Shown: piece by piece, positions 12,650-26,000 of the stretch
Position numbering within the stretch: position 1 is the first letter of the stretch
Layout of the letters: each line of letters begins with the position of its first letter
From: Eledone cirrhosa
Taxonomy: Eukaryota
Direction: 5' to 3'
Assembly (NCBI GenBank): GCA_964016885.1
Contig: OZ024746.1
Location: 76,694,001 to 76,758,000, forward strand
Length of the DNA stretch: 64,000 bases
Program-made: the position numbers and the translations under genes
The notes under the pieces: generated by a model
Databases searched by the model: none
Told to the model about the DNA's origin: nothing
What the model saw: only the letters and a program-made list of their open reading frames with translations

Positions 12650-14940
12650 GCTTATATTTCCACAAGGTGACAACACTTTGGACCTACTCTTCACCACTAC
12701 TCCTGAAACGGTCATTTGTGTTACTGCTGAGGAACCTTTAGGTGACTCTGATCATGCTATGATCATTGCCAATCTATCTATATTGAGTTCTACGACTCAG
12801 GAGATATCAACACTGTACTCCAGAACATCCTGAGCTCAATATGGACAGCATGTGCAGCATCGGTGCTACGTTAGCGGAAAAAACACCCCAATGCAAATTT
12901 GGGAGACTGCAGCGGTCCATCTTGCCAGAAAAGAACGTCGCAATGCTGAACGTGAGTACAAACTGCACAGGTCAGACATCAATAGGAAGAGGCGAAATAA
13001 ATCGTCCAACCACCTCAAACAGGTGACAAAAAAGGCAGTGCTTCAATTTGAGCAGTGCATAGCAACCAGCCCTGACAGTAAGGTGTTCTGGAAGTATGTT
13101 CACTCAAAGCAGAGGCCTCACTCTCCAGTTGGTCCTCTTCACAATCCCCACACAAGCCAGGTTACTGACGACCTCAAGGAATGCATAGAACTCATTTCTG
13201 AATGCTATGCAGGCATTTTCACTATTGAAGACCAGAGTGTACCGTCTCCACCACCTCTGACATCGGATTCTATTACAACTATGGAATTTACACCTGCAAT
13301 GCTTCAACATCACCTTAAAAATAAATGCAATCATGCCTCTCTTGGTCTTGTTGGTGTTACGTACCTGCTTCTCAAATGTGGTGGGTACTTCCTTCTGCAC
13401 CAGCTATCACGCTTCTTCTAATTCTGTTTGTACTATAGTGCTACTCCAGAATAGTGGAAAACTGCCAGTGTCATTCCTCTGTTCAAAAAGGGTGACCGCA
13501 CATTACCTGTGAACTATCGTCCAGTCAGTCTTACTAGTTGCATTGCCAAACTGATTGAATCCTGTGTCAGAGAAACACTTTGGAACTTCTGGAACTGTCA
13601 CAGTCTTATCCGGCTCTCGCAATTTGGATTTATCCCCAACTCCAGCTGCTGTGATCAACTTATCGAGTTTCTTGAAGACATCACCCGGATCACTGATGGC
13701 GGCTCATGGGTGGATGTTGTTTACCTTGACTTTGCAAAAGATTTCAATTCTGTGCCACACAAAAGGCTTATGGCAAAACTCTCTGCAATGGGTGTGAAGG
13801 ATGATCTTTTTAACTGGTTGAAGTCCTTCATTCTCAGTCGAAGAGAGGTAGTCACGGTTCTTGGACAGCATTCCTCACCATATGAGATGTCATCTGGTGT
13901 ACCACAGGGATCTGTTCTTGGCCCCCTTTTGTTTGTGGCATATATTAATGACATAGATGCCAAGTTAAAGAATGCTACAGTACTAAAGTACGCAGATGAC
14001 ATCAAGCTGTACCTTGAGATAAAAAGGACAGATCCTGAACACTATAGATCTTGCTTGCAGTCTGAAATGGACACAATGCAACAATGGATCTCAGACTAGC
14101 AACTCAAGCTAGCTGTGGACAATTGCACCACCATGCATTTTGGGAGTAAAAACCCAGCGGCTGCATGCTCCCTCCACAACATTAATATCAAGAAGTCTTC
14201 TTGTGAATGTGACCTGGGTATTACGGTCAGCAGCAATTTGTGTTGGACGAAGCACGTCTCTCAAATTTCAAGAGGGCTGAGGGTGTCTTAGTATTACTCA
14301 GCAAGACCTTTGTCAGCCGCTCTCCAGCTATCTATTTAAGGCTGTACATGGCTATGGTGTGGCCACACTTAGAATTTGCATCACCAGTCTGGAACCCCTA
14401 TCTTGCTCAGAACATTGACTGCCTGGAAACTGTTCAGAGACGTGCAACCAAGCAAATACCCTCCATCAGGCATCTACCATACTCTGAACGCCATGCTTCC
14501 CTGGGCATGGATACATTGAAGTTCCGACGCCTGGCAAAACACCCACAAAATTGTTAACCATCTTGCCAACAACAACCCTGAGTACCTTTTTGATTTCCAT
14601 GTGTCTAACACACGTGGACATGCCCACAAAGTCAGAAAACCACACAGTTCCCATGACTTTTGAACACATTTTTTCACGCTCAGAGTCGCTGAAGCATGGA
14701 ACAAACTACCTGCATCAGTTGTTAGCTGTCGAGACACTGCATCCTTTAAAACCTCCATGCTTCCCGAGATTCGCCAACACTATACCTAATGTTCCCCCTC
14801 CATACACATACACACATGTATATCGTGACTCATACACTATTCACTTCCCTGACATTTGTATATTATTCTATGCACTATACATGCACCTTTGATGAGTTGT
14901 AGTGCACCTGAACACTTTACACAATAATTTCATTTTTATT
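12650..14940 (+). mobile_element. 5'-truncated CR1-clade LINE (ORF2 pseudogene)
   Basis: NYRPVSLTS, QFGF, VDVVYLDFAKDF.SVPH, SGVPQGSVLGPLLF, KYADD, PHLEFASPVWNP and LETVQRRATK motifs; in-frame stops; ATT-rich tail near 14930-14950. Confidence 0.93.
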
Positions 14941-15066
14941 ATTATATTATTATATGTTGATATATGTATGTTATTTAATAATGTGTTAATACCATATTAG
15001 TAGCGTTGTCATAATCATTATAATTCCTAAGCGACTATTTGGGCAATAATACCTAAGATTAACTCA

Positions 15067-15102
<36 letters not shown>

Positions 15103-16872
15103 TTTTTCTTTTTCACCTTTCTCTCACCCTCTTCCCCCTCTCTCTGTTTCATGGATTAAGAAAGTTCAGCTCATAATGAAAGGGTTTGAACAAACTGATT
15201 AATCCAGGAATCAGCATAGAACTATTGAAACAAACTTTGTAAATACTAAACACTTCTAACAAGCAATCACTCCAAATATGCATTGTTTTTACTTTTTCAG
15301 ATATATTTTTTAATATAGCTGTAGTTGTATATTAGACTTTCGTTGGTTCTGATGATTGAACAATAGAACAGCCTACTCATGAAATTAGCATGCAAGTGGC
15401 TGAGAATTCCACAGATACATGTGTACTTTCGATGATGAGTGTTCCAGTTGTTCAATCAATGGAACGACTTTCTTGTAAATTTAAAGTCTAAGTAAAATTA
15501 AAATGTAAGTAACTGAACATTCCTCATAGATGTGTACCTTTGATGTAATTTCCAGAATGATTCGGCATGACAGTGTGCTACAAGGCTACCCTTTTCATTA
15601 CAGGTATTCATTTTGAATTGGAGCAATGTGTAATAAAGTGTCTTTCTCAAGGGCACAACGTGCTGTTGGGAATTAAACTCAGGTATGCCGAACATTCTAA
15701 CCTCTAAGAGCTGTATACCTTCAAAGTAGTTTTATATCTATAACAGAAACAATGACTCTTAGATGGATGAAAGGGGATAGAACCCTTCATTGGATGGATT
15801 ATGTTGCCCTTAAATTCCTTCTCCAGTTAGCCTTATTGATACCAATTTACCCCAAAACCAGCCCATGTTCTATGAAACAGAACCACCCATTTTAAAGCAT
15901 CCTTATTTAAATTAAAATTAAAATCTTCCAACATACTTTTATATAAAAATAAACATTTGATAAGTTATGTTGCAAATACTATAAAAGTAAACAAATCTTA
16001 TGAATTATCGAAGCACTGGGTAATTTGAAAATGTGGAAGTCCTAAATGCAGAAAATAATTATAACAACAGTTAATCGCTGTAGATAATAGCTTAGAAATT
16101 TGGGTAAAATATTCTGAGAAACAAAAAAAAATGTGGCTAGTAGTACCTATGGAGAATCAAACTCAGTATCTCTCAAATACCATGCAAATACTAGACACTT
16201 TATTACACATTGCTCCTGTGCACTCAGCTGGAAAAAAATGAGTTTGTATCAGTAATTCAAAATGCCAGTTTCATTGCACACAGTGTTACGCTAAATCTCT
16301 CTGAGCTTCTGTATTTGGGATTCCCAAATTTTCAAATATTATATAAATAATTAAATAATCCATAATTTTAGGAAATCCCTGAAAAATTGTTCATTAATTA
16401 ACTGAAATAGGGTGTAATAAAAGGGTTAAGTTTGGAACAAACTGAATTTTCCAATAAGTTAGAGACATATGAGAAAGAATTTCGTTTCCATCTTGTTACT
16501 GTTAACACTTAAAGTTATCTACTACAAACTACATGAAACCGCATTAATAAAAATTTCTTGAAAAGTACAAAACAGCACTATGACTTGCACTAAATAGATA
16601 TAAAGATACAACTATATAAGTTGTTTATTTATTTATATCATATTTATGCTATTTTGATGAGATTTTTAACATAATATATCCTAAATTCTCCTCCCAACAT
16701 TCTTATAGTAAAGTAATGTACATATCTCAAAATGTATGTGTTGTTGTTCAAACACTGTTCAACTTTGATTAAGCAGACCAATGTTAAAAGATAGTCCTGT
16801 CATGACCACCCCATCTTATTAAAAAAAACTGCATCAGGACAAAATTATTCAATGTTTCTTTCTTTTCTTTAA

Positions 16873-17269
16873 CCCTTTAGTGTTCAAACCAGCCAAAACC
16901 GGCCAGAATTCTCTACCTCTTTCTGTTGAAACTGGCTGTAACTGGTCGCTCAAACTGATGTTAAGGTATTGTTCTCAAAATAAATACTTTCAAAATCTCA
17001 TAGATTCGATATTATGTGAGATAATTATGTGCGGTAAAGCCTTTACCATGAAAATATAATAGTATATATAAAATAATTGTTTCTATTTTAGGCACAAGGC
17101 CAGCAATTACCCAGTACATTACTGGTACTTTATTTTATCGACCCCGTAAGGATGAAAGGCAAAGTTAACCTCGGCCGGATTTGAACTCAGATCGTAAAGG
17201 GACGTAACTATGGTGGAAAGCATGTCCGACGCTCTACCGATACTGCCAAATCACGTGAATGCTAAAGGG
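16873..17269. mobile_element. piggyBac-like MITE with a nested SINE (about 17075-17250)
   Basis: TTAA|CCCTTTAG...CTAAAGGG|TTAA termini. Confidence 0.6.
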
Positions 17270-19147
17270 TTAAGATGATAAGGTGAGATTTGAGAGACAT
17301 TTGATAACTATTTCTGGTAGGTCAAGCAGCCGTGCAAATGTTTTTATGTGTGTATGTTCTGTCTGTATGTGTGTTTTATCTCTACATATAATATGTCAGT
17401 ATATGTGATGTGTCTGTATGTGTTCTGTCTGTATGGGTGTTGTGTCTGTGTAAATGAAGTGACGTGTCTGTATGTGTGTTATGTCTGTATGGGTTATGCT
17501 TGTGTATGTGATGTGTTCTGTGTGTATGTGTGACATCTGTATATGTTATGTATGTAGGTGTTGAGTCTGTATGTGCTGTTTCTATCTGTGTTGTATCTAT
17601 GTGGTGTGTATGTACTGTGAGTTTGTATGTACTGTCAATGTGTGTGTATGTGTGCTGTGAAAGAGTGTACATATGCTGTGAGTTTGAGTGTGTGTGTGTG
17701 ATGAGAGGTAATCATGCCACTTAAAATAAAAATTAAATAAATCAAATATTCAAAAGGAATGGTTGTAGAAGCTATGTTCTCTTTCATTTCTTTCTTCAGG
17801 TGTTTCGCTGTGTACAAGCTGCTTGCTATCTCACTAAAATGGCTAACCTCTCACAGTATGGATCTGGTGTAAGGATTAGGTAGACATATAAGGACAATTT
17901 ATGAATGAATACTATATTTTTTTAGCCCCAAAGCAGCTCTGATTAAAAAGGCTTATGATCAAAAGCATTATGGCTATGATCATCTAGTACTTTTTGTTTA
18001 AGTGATGGTGTATCTAGGCCTATATTATCTAATGTAACTTACCTGTACATACTGTAACGATTTAGCAAAAAATATTGAAATATAGGTTTGTTAATTCAAA
18101 TGTTTATAGTATCTTTGCAAGTTGGTAGATCATTGGGAAAATTTGCAGTAAACTAAAGTAAAGATTCAAATTTTTAATGTGATGCAGTCACAGTGCTATT
18201 TTGTACTGTTCAAGAGTCTCTTGCTAATGTCGTTTTATGCAGTACAGGACATGAAGAGTTAAGATGACAAAGTGAAATATGAGGGAGATTGGGTTACTAT
18301 TACTAGCAAGTTGAGCCACCATGTAGAGGCTCTTTTGTTGATATTTATTGCAATCCTTGGCTTATGAACTTTCGACTGTAGATAGAACCAATGAGTATTC
18401 CATGAGTTATTTGTTTGTTGCTGGGAATGAGATAAGCAACCATAGGACCTCTGTGATGCAGCCATCATTTCTATACAAAAGCACGGGACAAAGGGAAGGA
18501 AGGGAAGAAAGGGAACATTCATCTGCTCCAACTACCAAGAAACAACTCTGCTCTGCTCTCCATTACAGGAAAAATCTTCCTCACAAAAGTACTTCTAAAC
18601 AGACTGGTGGCCATCATTGCAGAAGAGTGCTTCCCAGAGAGCCATTGTGGATTCAAAGCCTACAAGAACACCATTGACATTGTATTTCTTCTCTGGCAGA
18701 AGCAATTAGTGAAAGATATATATCTAGATTTTTACATGTCCTGAAGAAATGTATTTTATGGCAATGATTTGAAAAGCTTGCATGTGTTTCAACTCCCACT
18801 CTGAGTAGTTAAATTTGTGTTTGAAACAAATAATGGTCTACATTGCTTGCCTGTCAATTGTATCAGTCAAGCATGTTTCTTCTTTCACGATCTTCCTTAT
18901 CTTTTGTTATCAATGGAATTTTACTATTCCAATTATTTCTCTTTATTTTACACCACATTAAAAAACAACACAATCCAAACAAATCAGAATTATTATTTAG
19001 AAACTTAACTAACTGCATCAACCATACAATATATTAACAAAGTCTCTATTCTTATCATGAAGCATGTGAGAAATCTTTCATATGAGATAAAAAAAGTAAC
19101 AAAATGCTTTCAGTTTCAGGTTTTAGTTGTAGCTGTGCTACAAATAT

Positions 19148-19460
19148 GTGAAGGTGTGTGGTTTAGTGTTGGGCTGTTTGACTCATGATTGCAAGATTGT
19201 GAGTTCAATACATCATGGTGTATTGTGTTCTTGAGCAAGACACATTATTTCACATTCTTCCAGTTCATTCAACTGGAAAAAATGAGTTGTACCTCTAATT
19301 CCTTGTCACACACTGTGTCTTGCTAAATCTCCTTGAGAACTATGTTATGGCTACATGTGTCTGTGGAATACTTAGCCACTTGTGCATTGATTTTATGAGC
19401 AGGCTTTATGAGCAGGCTTCCCCATTAATCAAACAACTGGAACTCTCATTGTCAGGCCTA
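19148..19460 (+). mobile_element. tRNA-derived SINE family 2 copy (representative)
   Basis: A-box-like TGGTTTAGTGTTGG, B-box-like GAGTTCAA, and GTTCTTGAGCAAGACAC. Relatives near 880, 27430, 34470, 40985, 45250, 45950 and 51655, and on the minus strand near 48700, 49650 and 54650. Confidence 0.65.
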
Positions 19461-19960
19461 ATGGAAGGTCCAAACAAATCATTACCATTTTTCTAATGAA
19501 AGACACAACCTATGATTTTTAAATGATTTTGAAAATAATCAAGAATTTGAAGGTAGATAGTAATATAACTAATTTTCTCATTATTTAGCTGGTGTTTGTA
19601 ACACAACATATAGAATTTTGATGGAATTTTTTTTTAGATAAATATAAACACTTTAAAACATATAGTTTTGTATCATAGAACTAAAAGCAGTTTCATGTAG
19701 TTCTATACAAGAATGCAGTGATAATGATAAGTTTAAGATGTTAGTCAAAACAAACACAACAGACAAAAATGATGTCTTAAAAATTGGAAAATAAGCAATA
19801 AGCATGAAGAAAATGCTACTATTTAAAAGCAAAATAGTTTTTCCTTACTTTAAATATGTTTTTTTTATGTTTGAAAAAACATAACCCATATGTGTGCAAG
19901 ATCATATATATTTGTGTGTACATACATATATATATATACATACATACAGATATGTGACTA

Positions 19961-20030
<70 letters not shown>

Positions 20031-20032
<2 letters not shown>

Positions 20033-20208
20033 ACGGTGGGCTGAAAAGTGCAAATGAAGGAGTGATGCTTGAGCTGTGAAATCTTGCATGTATTAATTTT
20101 AACTCTTCTTAGTGGTTTCTTTCCAAGTACTATGTTGAAAAATAAACCTCATTTGGTCATTCCATGAGAGTATCTTTGTCAGTCTATGAACTTTTCAGCC
20201 AATTCTCA
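20031..20208. mobile_element. Mariner-like MITE in (TA)n
   Basis: Subterminal inverted GGCTGAAAAGT / ACTTTTCAGCC; TA flanks. Confidence 0.55.
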
Positions 20209-20391
20209 TATATATATATATATATATATATAGAATAGTTTTCCATTGAGGGCTGCAAGGAGTCGATAGTTAGATAAGGTACTCAATACTTCAAGTAGTA
20301 GGGTAAAAAAGAAATCATTGCTATTTGGAATAACGCAGAGAACAGACATTAAATAATGATGGTGATGAACATGATAAATATATATATATGT

Positions 20392-20543
<152 letters not shown>

Positions 20544-22811
20544 CATGCAAGTTTATGTGTTTGTAACTGTGTGCAGGTGCATGATGGATATATGAGTATG
20601 TGTGTTGTGTGTGTATGTGAAAGTGTGTGGGTATGTGTATATAAGTAAAATGGTTGTCGTTACCCATCATGCCATATATTATACTCTCAATTAATTCTTA
20701 AGCTAGACTCTAAAAATACCTCTAAATAGAGTTCTTTGTTTTTATAGATTCACTCTGGGGGTTAGAGATGTGAGAATATGAATATTTCCACTGAAGTAAT
20801 ACCTGTCTACACTCCTTTTGAGGAGATGCTCCTATGTTTTCAGTAACAATTACTCCACCTTCTCCTCTACGAGGAATTTATTCCTAAACTATTTCTGAAC
20901 TTCAGTGTCATACTTGTTGCTTTTTCTGAATATGTCCATGTGCCCTCGACACAGTGGTACCAGAAACTGCAGAAGAAACCCTCGTTGCTATTTTTAAGGC
21001 ATCTGATATAGATCATTCCATATTACCTAGCTTCTGACTGCTGCAGAAAATTTAAGAACCCCTGTGCAGTCACACGAAGATAGATAGGGCTGTAAGTTTA
21101 TTTTTATAGGGTGGTACTGGGGAGGAGATGGAAAATGTTAGCTATTCCAATTTTAGATATCTTATTAGAATAGCAGCTTCTCAAATTGATGAGGGAATAT
21201 GTTCAAATTGACACACTTTCCTCTGTCTTACTTTATACTGAAAATGTATCAAGGTGTCAAAATATAAATTTGAATTTTCACTATGTCTAAAATGTTATAG
21301 TTGAAACTGAAGTAAGTTACATGATACAATTAAAATAAGCCAAATAACAACAACAACAACAACAACAAAAGAAGGCTAATATAGATTATAACTCACTAAG
21401 TAATATAAGAACACAGAAGCATTACCTAAGTTTAAGCAGTACATATGATATATCCAAGACGTTTTAAGTTATAAGTAAAAGAAGACAAGCCAGAACACTG
21501 AGCCAAAATAATCTGTGTAAAATGAGTTAGATGATGCTTCAGAGTGCTATGGGATGCTAGTGGGTGGTAGAGATGATGATTTTATCTTATTATTGATGTT
21601 AGAACTTTTTTTTTACTGTTTGCAAAGCAGGGAAATCCTGTTACACAATAATATCTGGATTTATAATTAACTTTTTGAGAATCTGTAAAAGGAGATTATC
21701 TATTTGCGTGTGGATATTAGAATTGCCTATCCAATTAGGTATGAAGTAAAACAGAATGAATTCACTACTAATTTGGAGCCTAGATTTTATTCTAAGCAGG
21801 TATTTATTCTATAGATGAATGGAAACTACTGAATACCCAAGTTAGTAAATCTTTCAGACATCTAGGTATCAAAATAGCTAAATATGAAAAAGTGTGTAGA
21901 TCTAAAAGCCAAGTAAATAAGACAGAAGATGAAAGTTCATAGGTTTTGTAGTGAACATTTTGTGCATCTTAATTTACTTGGGAAAAGTACTAGATGTTAC
22001 CAGTGATATACTGGCAATTATGAGACAAGTCTGGTTAGGTGACCATATCATACTCATATGGAATTGTTTCTGGCTTGGTTTCTACAGTTGGGTGCCCTTC
22101 CTAATACCAACAACATTACAGTGTGGACTAGATGCGCAGCAGCAAAATGACTATCTGACAAGGTAGACCGGATGCCTTTTCATTGTGACACCTTCACAAC
22201 CATCTACAAAGTGGACACCTAATATGACCTTTATTACAGTGTGGGCAGGGATCTTTTTGTCGTGTTACCAGCACAACCACCTTACAGGGTTGACTAGGTG
22301 TTTTGTTGTGTTTGTGGTATTAGGAAGGACATCCAGCTACAGAATCCATGCCAAATATGTAATGTATAAGTGAGATGAGATTGCTTTGACCTGTCTGGTC
22401 TCAGACTATGACAACCCACCCAACCCATGCCAGCATGAAAAGTGTACATAAAAATGATGATGATGATGAGGAATATCAATATGCAAAATATGGAATGTGT
22501 GTGCTAGATAGATGTGGTTTTTTGACCAATCTAGTCTTGGACTGTGATGTCCCGTCCATCCCATGTCAAAATGGAAAGCAGATGTAAAATAATGATGACA
22601 CAAGGATGTGTTTATATGTGGTGGTTTTACATCTGCAATAAGTTCAAAACAAACAAGTAATTGTTCAGTTTAAGAGGTTGTCACTCCTCAAGGTTTCTCC
22701 TTAAAATCTTGTTTGTCATCCTAAAGTGAGTATAATACATTCAAGATCTTCTTTGATAATGAATGATTTTTCTAAAGTATCTGAAAATTAGAAAATTTAT
22801 TCTAAGTTTAA

Positions 22812-23048
22812 CCCTTTTGTTACTATATTTCTAATAAAACATACAACTTGTATTTTTTAATAATTTTGAAAATAATTAAAAAAATTATAAATATTTTTCA
22901 TTTGTAAGCGGACATTTGGAACATTATTTAATAAAAATTTCTAAAATTAAATTATGGTGGGTTGTTTTAGTATAAGCATGGACACTTAAAAATAGGCACT
23001 TTTGTATCATAGAACCAGGGACAGTTTCAATGGTTAGTATCAAAAGGG
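22812..23048. mobile_element. piggyBac-like MITE, representative of an abundant family
   Basis: TTAA|CCCTTTTG...CAAAAGGG|TTAA. Decayed relatives near 19.5, 24.7, 26.1, 26.6, 39.8, 41.2, 44.6, 51.1 and 55.1 kb. Confidence 0.7.
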
Positions 23049-26000
23049 TTAATGTCTAAAAATTTTAATGTCTTTTTGTAGATAGTTTTTAAAATTATCA
23101 AATGATAATATCAATTTTTTTTTCCAGTAATTTCAACAAGAGATATTAATAAGATAAACCTCAGGCAGGAAAAAATAATTACTGGAGTCAATATGATGGT
23201 CTAAATCCCTTGAAGGCAGTACCCTACCCAGCATGGCAGCAGTGCAATGAGTAAAACAAGTAAAAAAGTAAAAGTGATACAAAAGTCTTCTATTTTTAGA
23301 TCTGGGATTTAAAATGATGACTGTCTTGGTTTCCTAAGAAACAATATTCTACAATACTCACATTTCATTTACAATGTTCTCACACTCTAAGTGTATTTTT
23401 TTTCATGGCACCAGCACTAGGGAGGTTATCTTTTACATAACTTTAGAGTCCACTCAACCCTTTATTTATTAGATGTTTTTATGGCTGGATACCCTTTGTA
23501 TCACCAACTAATTTGCAGAGTGTACTGAGTGCATTTATGTAGATCACCATCACTAGGGAGGCTGACATATCTTTGACACAACTGAAGAGTCCTTCTGACA
23601 CTTTGTTTGGCAAGTTTTCTGTGGCTGGATGTCTTTCCTATCACCAACCACTTTACCAAGTGTATTAGGTGTGTTTATCATTTAGATCACCAACACTAGA
23701 GAGGTTGTGACCATGATACAACTGAGGAATCAGCTAAACTCTTTTTGGCATGGTTTTTACTGTGGGATGCCCTTCTTATCATCAACCACATTACAGGGTA
23801 TGTTTTTAATGACACCAGCACTAGAAAACATGTTTGTTATTGACTCAGCTGAAGAGTCCTCTTGATCCTAAGGAAGTGGGAGGTAGGATTGATGGATCAG
23901 GTGTTAGAAGGATAATAATTATGATATCTTGGGTTCAAGTAAGGTAGGATTTAATTGGTTAATGAATAGGAGGGGAGTGTTGATAAATATATATATCATT
24001 ATCATTATCATCATAATTTTAGTGTCCATTCTCCCTGCTAGCAAGGGCTGGATGGATCTACATAGACCAAGTCAGTATTGAAGCAGGGCTATTGATCTCC
24101 CACACAGGCCAAGGATTTGCATCTCACTTACGTATGATCTCACATTCTACCGAATGCACAGGGGAAGTCATCATGTCTTTAACACAACTGAGGGTCCTCT
24201 TCTCTCTCTCTATATATATCTTGTAAAGACACCAGTATAATAGTTTATTTGCAAATGAGACATGTCCCCGTGTAGTAGTATGCAACACAGTAAACTTTCA
24301 TAGTCAATGCAAATAGTAGGATGCACAAAAGACATAGTAAGATTGTTGGTAAATTCACGGGGAATCAAATCTTCAAGTGTACCCAGGTGTACCTGCTGCA
24401 TTAAAATAGCTAACAGCATGAGCAGTAATATGCTAACAACTATGGAGCTACTCAAATAACTACCCAGAAGTACTAGATAAATTCTCTCTGACAGCTGATA
24501 TAACCAGCAGTAGATATGAAACTTTAGAGCTAAAGCTACTATCTGTGTTGGAATCAAGTTGTGTAGGTTGCATGAAGTGGCATATTATATGGCAGTGAAG
24601 CATGGCTTGTGAATGAAAATCTGTAGTAACTGAAGGGACTGCCTTAACAAAATTAGCATTCTCTGTGTGACTAAGCAATATACATTACTTAACTATTTCA
24701 TTACAATATTTCTAGTGATTGACTCTGCCTATGATTTACAAATAATTTTGAAAATAATCAAGAATTTTGAAGCATTTAGTAATTAACAAACTTTCTCATT
24801 ATCAATTTGATGTTTGGAACATAAATTAATAAAAGTTCTTACATAAAATAATGATAAAAGACTTTTAGATAAATATAAACATTTAAAAATAAATAGTTTG
24901 GGACTCCAGGGCAGTTTCAGCAATTTTGTCTTGCATGAGTAAAATCTGTCAGCTACTGAGGTCATGTTTTCAATAGTAGTGTAGAACCTTTACATATGGA
25001 ACATCACGTTATCATCAATAACTAATACACTGTTCAAGGCTAAAGTAGATTCATGCTCCACACAAGGTATTGTTTGTTGCCGCTAGCTGTCTACTTTATT
25101 TCACTATATACATTGTGGCCTGAGAGTTACAGAGAACAAAATACTTTCTTATATTTTCAATGGCTTCAGTCAGGTACTGACTTAGTCCATGACGACCTGT
25201 CCAACCCTTGCTATCATTGAAAATGGACATTAAACAATAATGATGATGATGATGATGTCACTATATCATTAAGATGCTCATTATGTGCCAAATCTATGTA
25301 AATGTCACAAACAGTGGAATAAATACCAATTCTAACACATAACAGTATTTAGTTTCATCTCTGTGTTCTATGTTCAAATCCTACTGTTAATAATTTTGCC
25401 TGGTAAATAAAATAAGTATCTTAATTCTCTAATTGGGTCAATTAAACCTGCAGCTTCCTTCCCTTGCATAAGAAGTAACTAAAAGGGTTGATGCCATCAA
25501 GGGCAACTGTCCCTAAAACATTGCTTCAAAAATCTCACAAGGCTAACCCCTGCTTTAGCAGGAAAAATGGCCTTAAGATGCTTGCTGCTGCTTTCCTTAC
25601 ATATCAATGTAAATGTGTAGAAAATATACTCAGTAATCAGAAGGGAGGAAGGTGCAAAAGCCGAACTTGCTATTTTCGATTCGGTATTCATATCAACTCT
25701 TACCTATGGCCATGAATCTTGGGTAATGACCCAAAGAATACAATCGCGATACAAGCAGCTGAAATGGGTGAGTTAGAGCCGCTACTTCTCTGAACTGAGA
25801 GTCACTCCAGGTATAGCCGCTACTTCTCTGAAGAATAAGTGGCCAAAGGAGGAGGAGGAGAAGAAGATATATTTCCAAGCTCAATCTTGTTTTTGTTTTT
25901 TCTGTAATTCTGGTAAAAGAATGCAGGGGATACACTCCTCCCAATTTAATTAATTAAAATTATTATTCTTTTGACATCTTTTATTGATTTCATAAAAAAT

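Noticed and set aside
24210-24678. Hydrophobic minus-strand ORFs
   Set aside because: The plus strand shows a decayed RTE 'LYGSEAW'-like segment, so these are likely antisense to a LINE relic.
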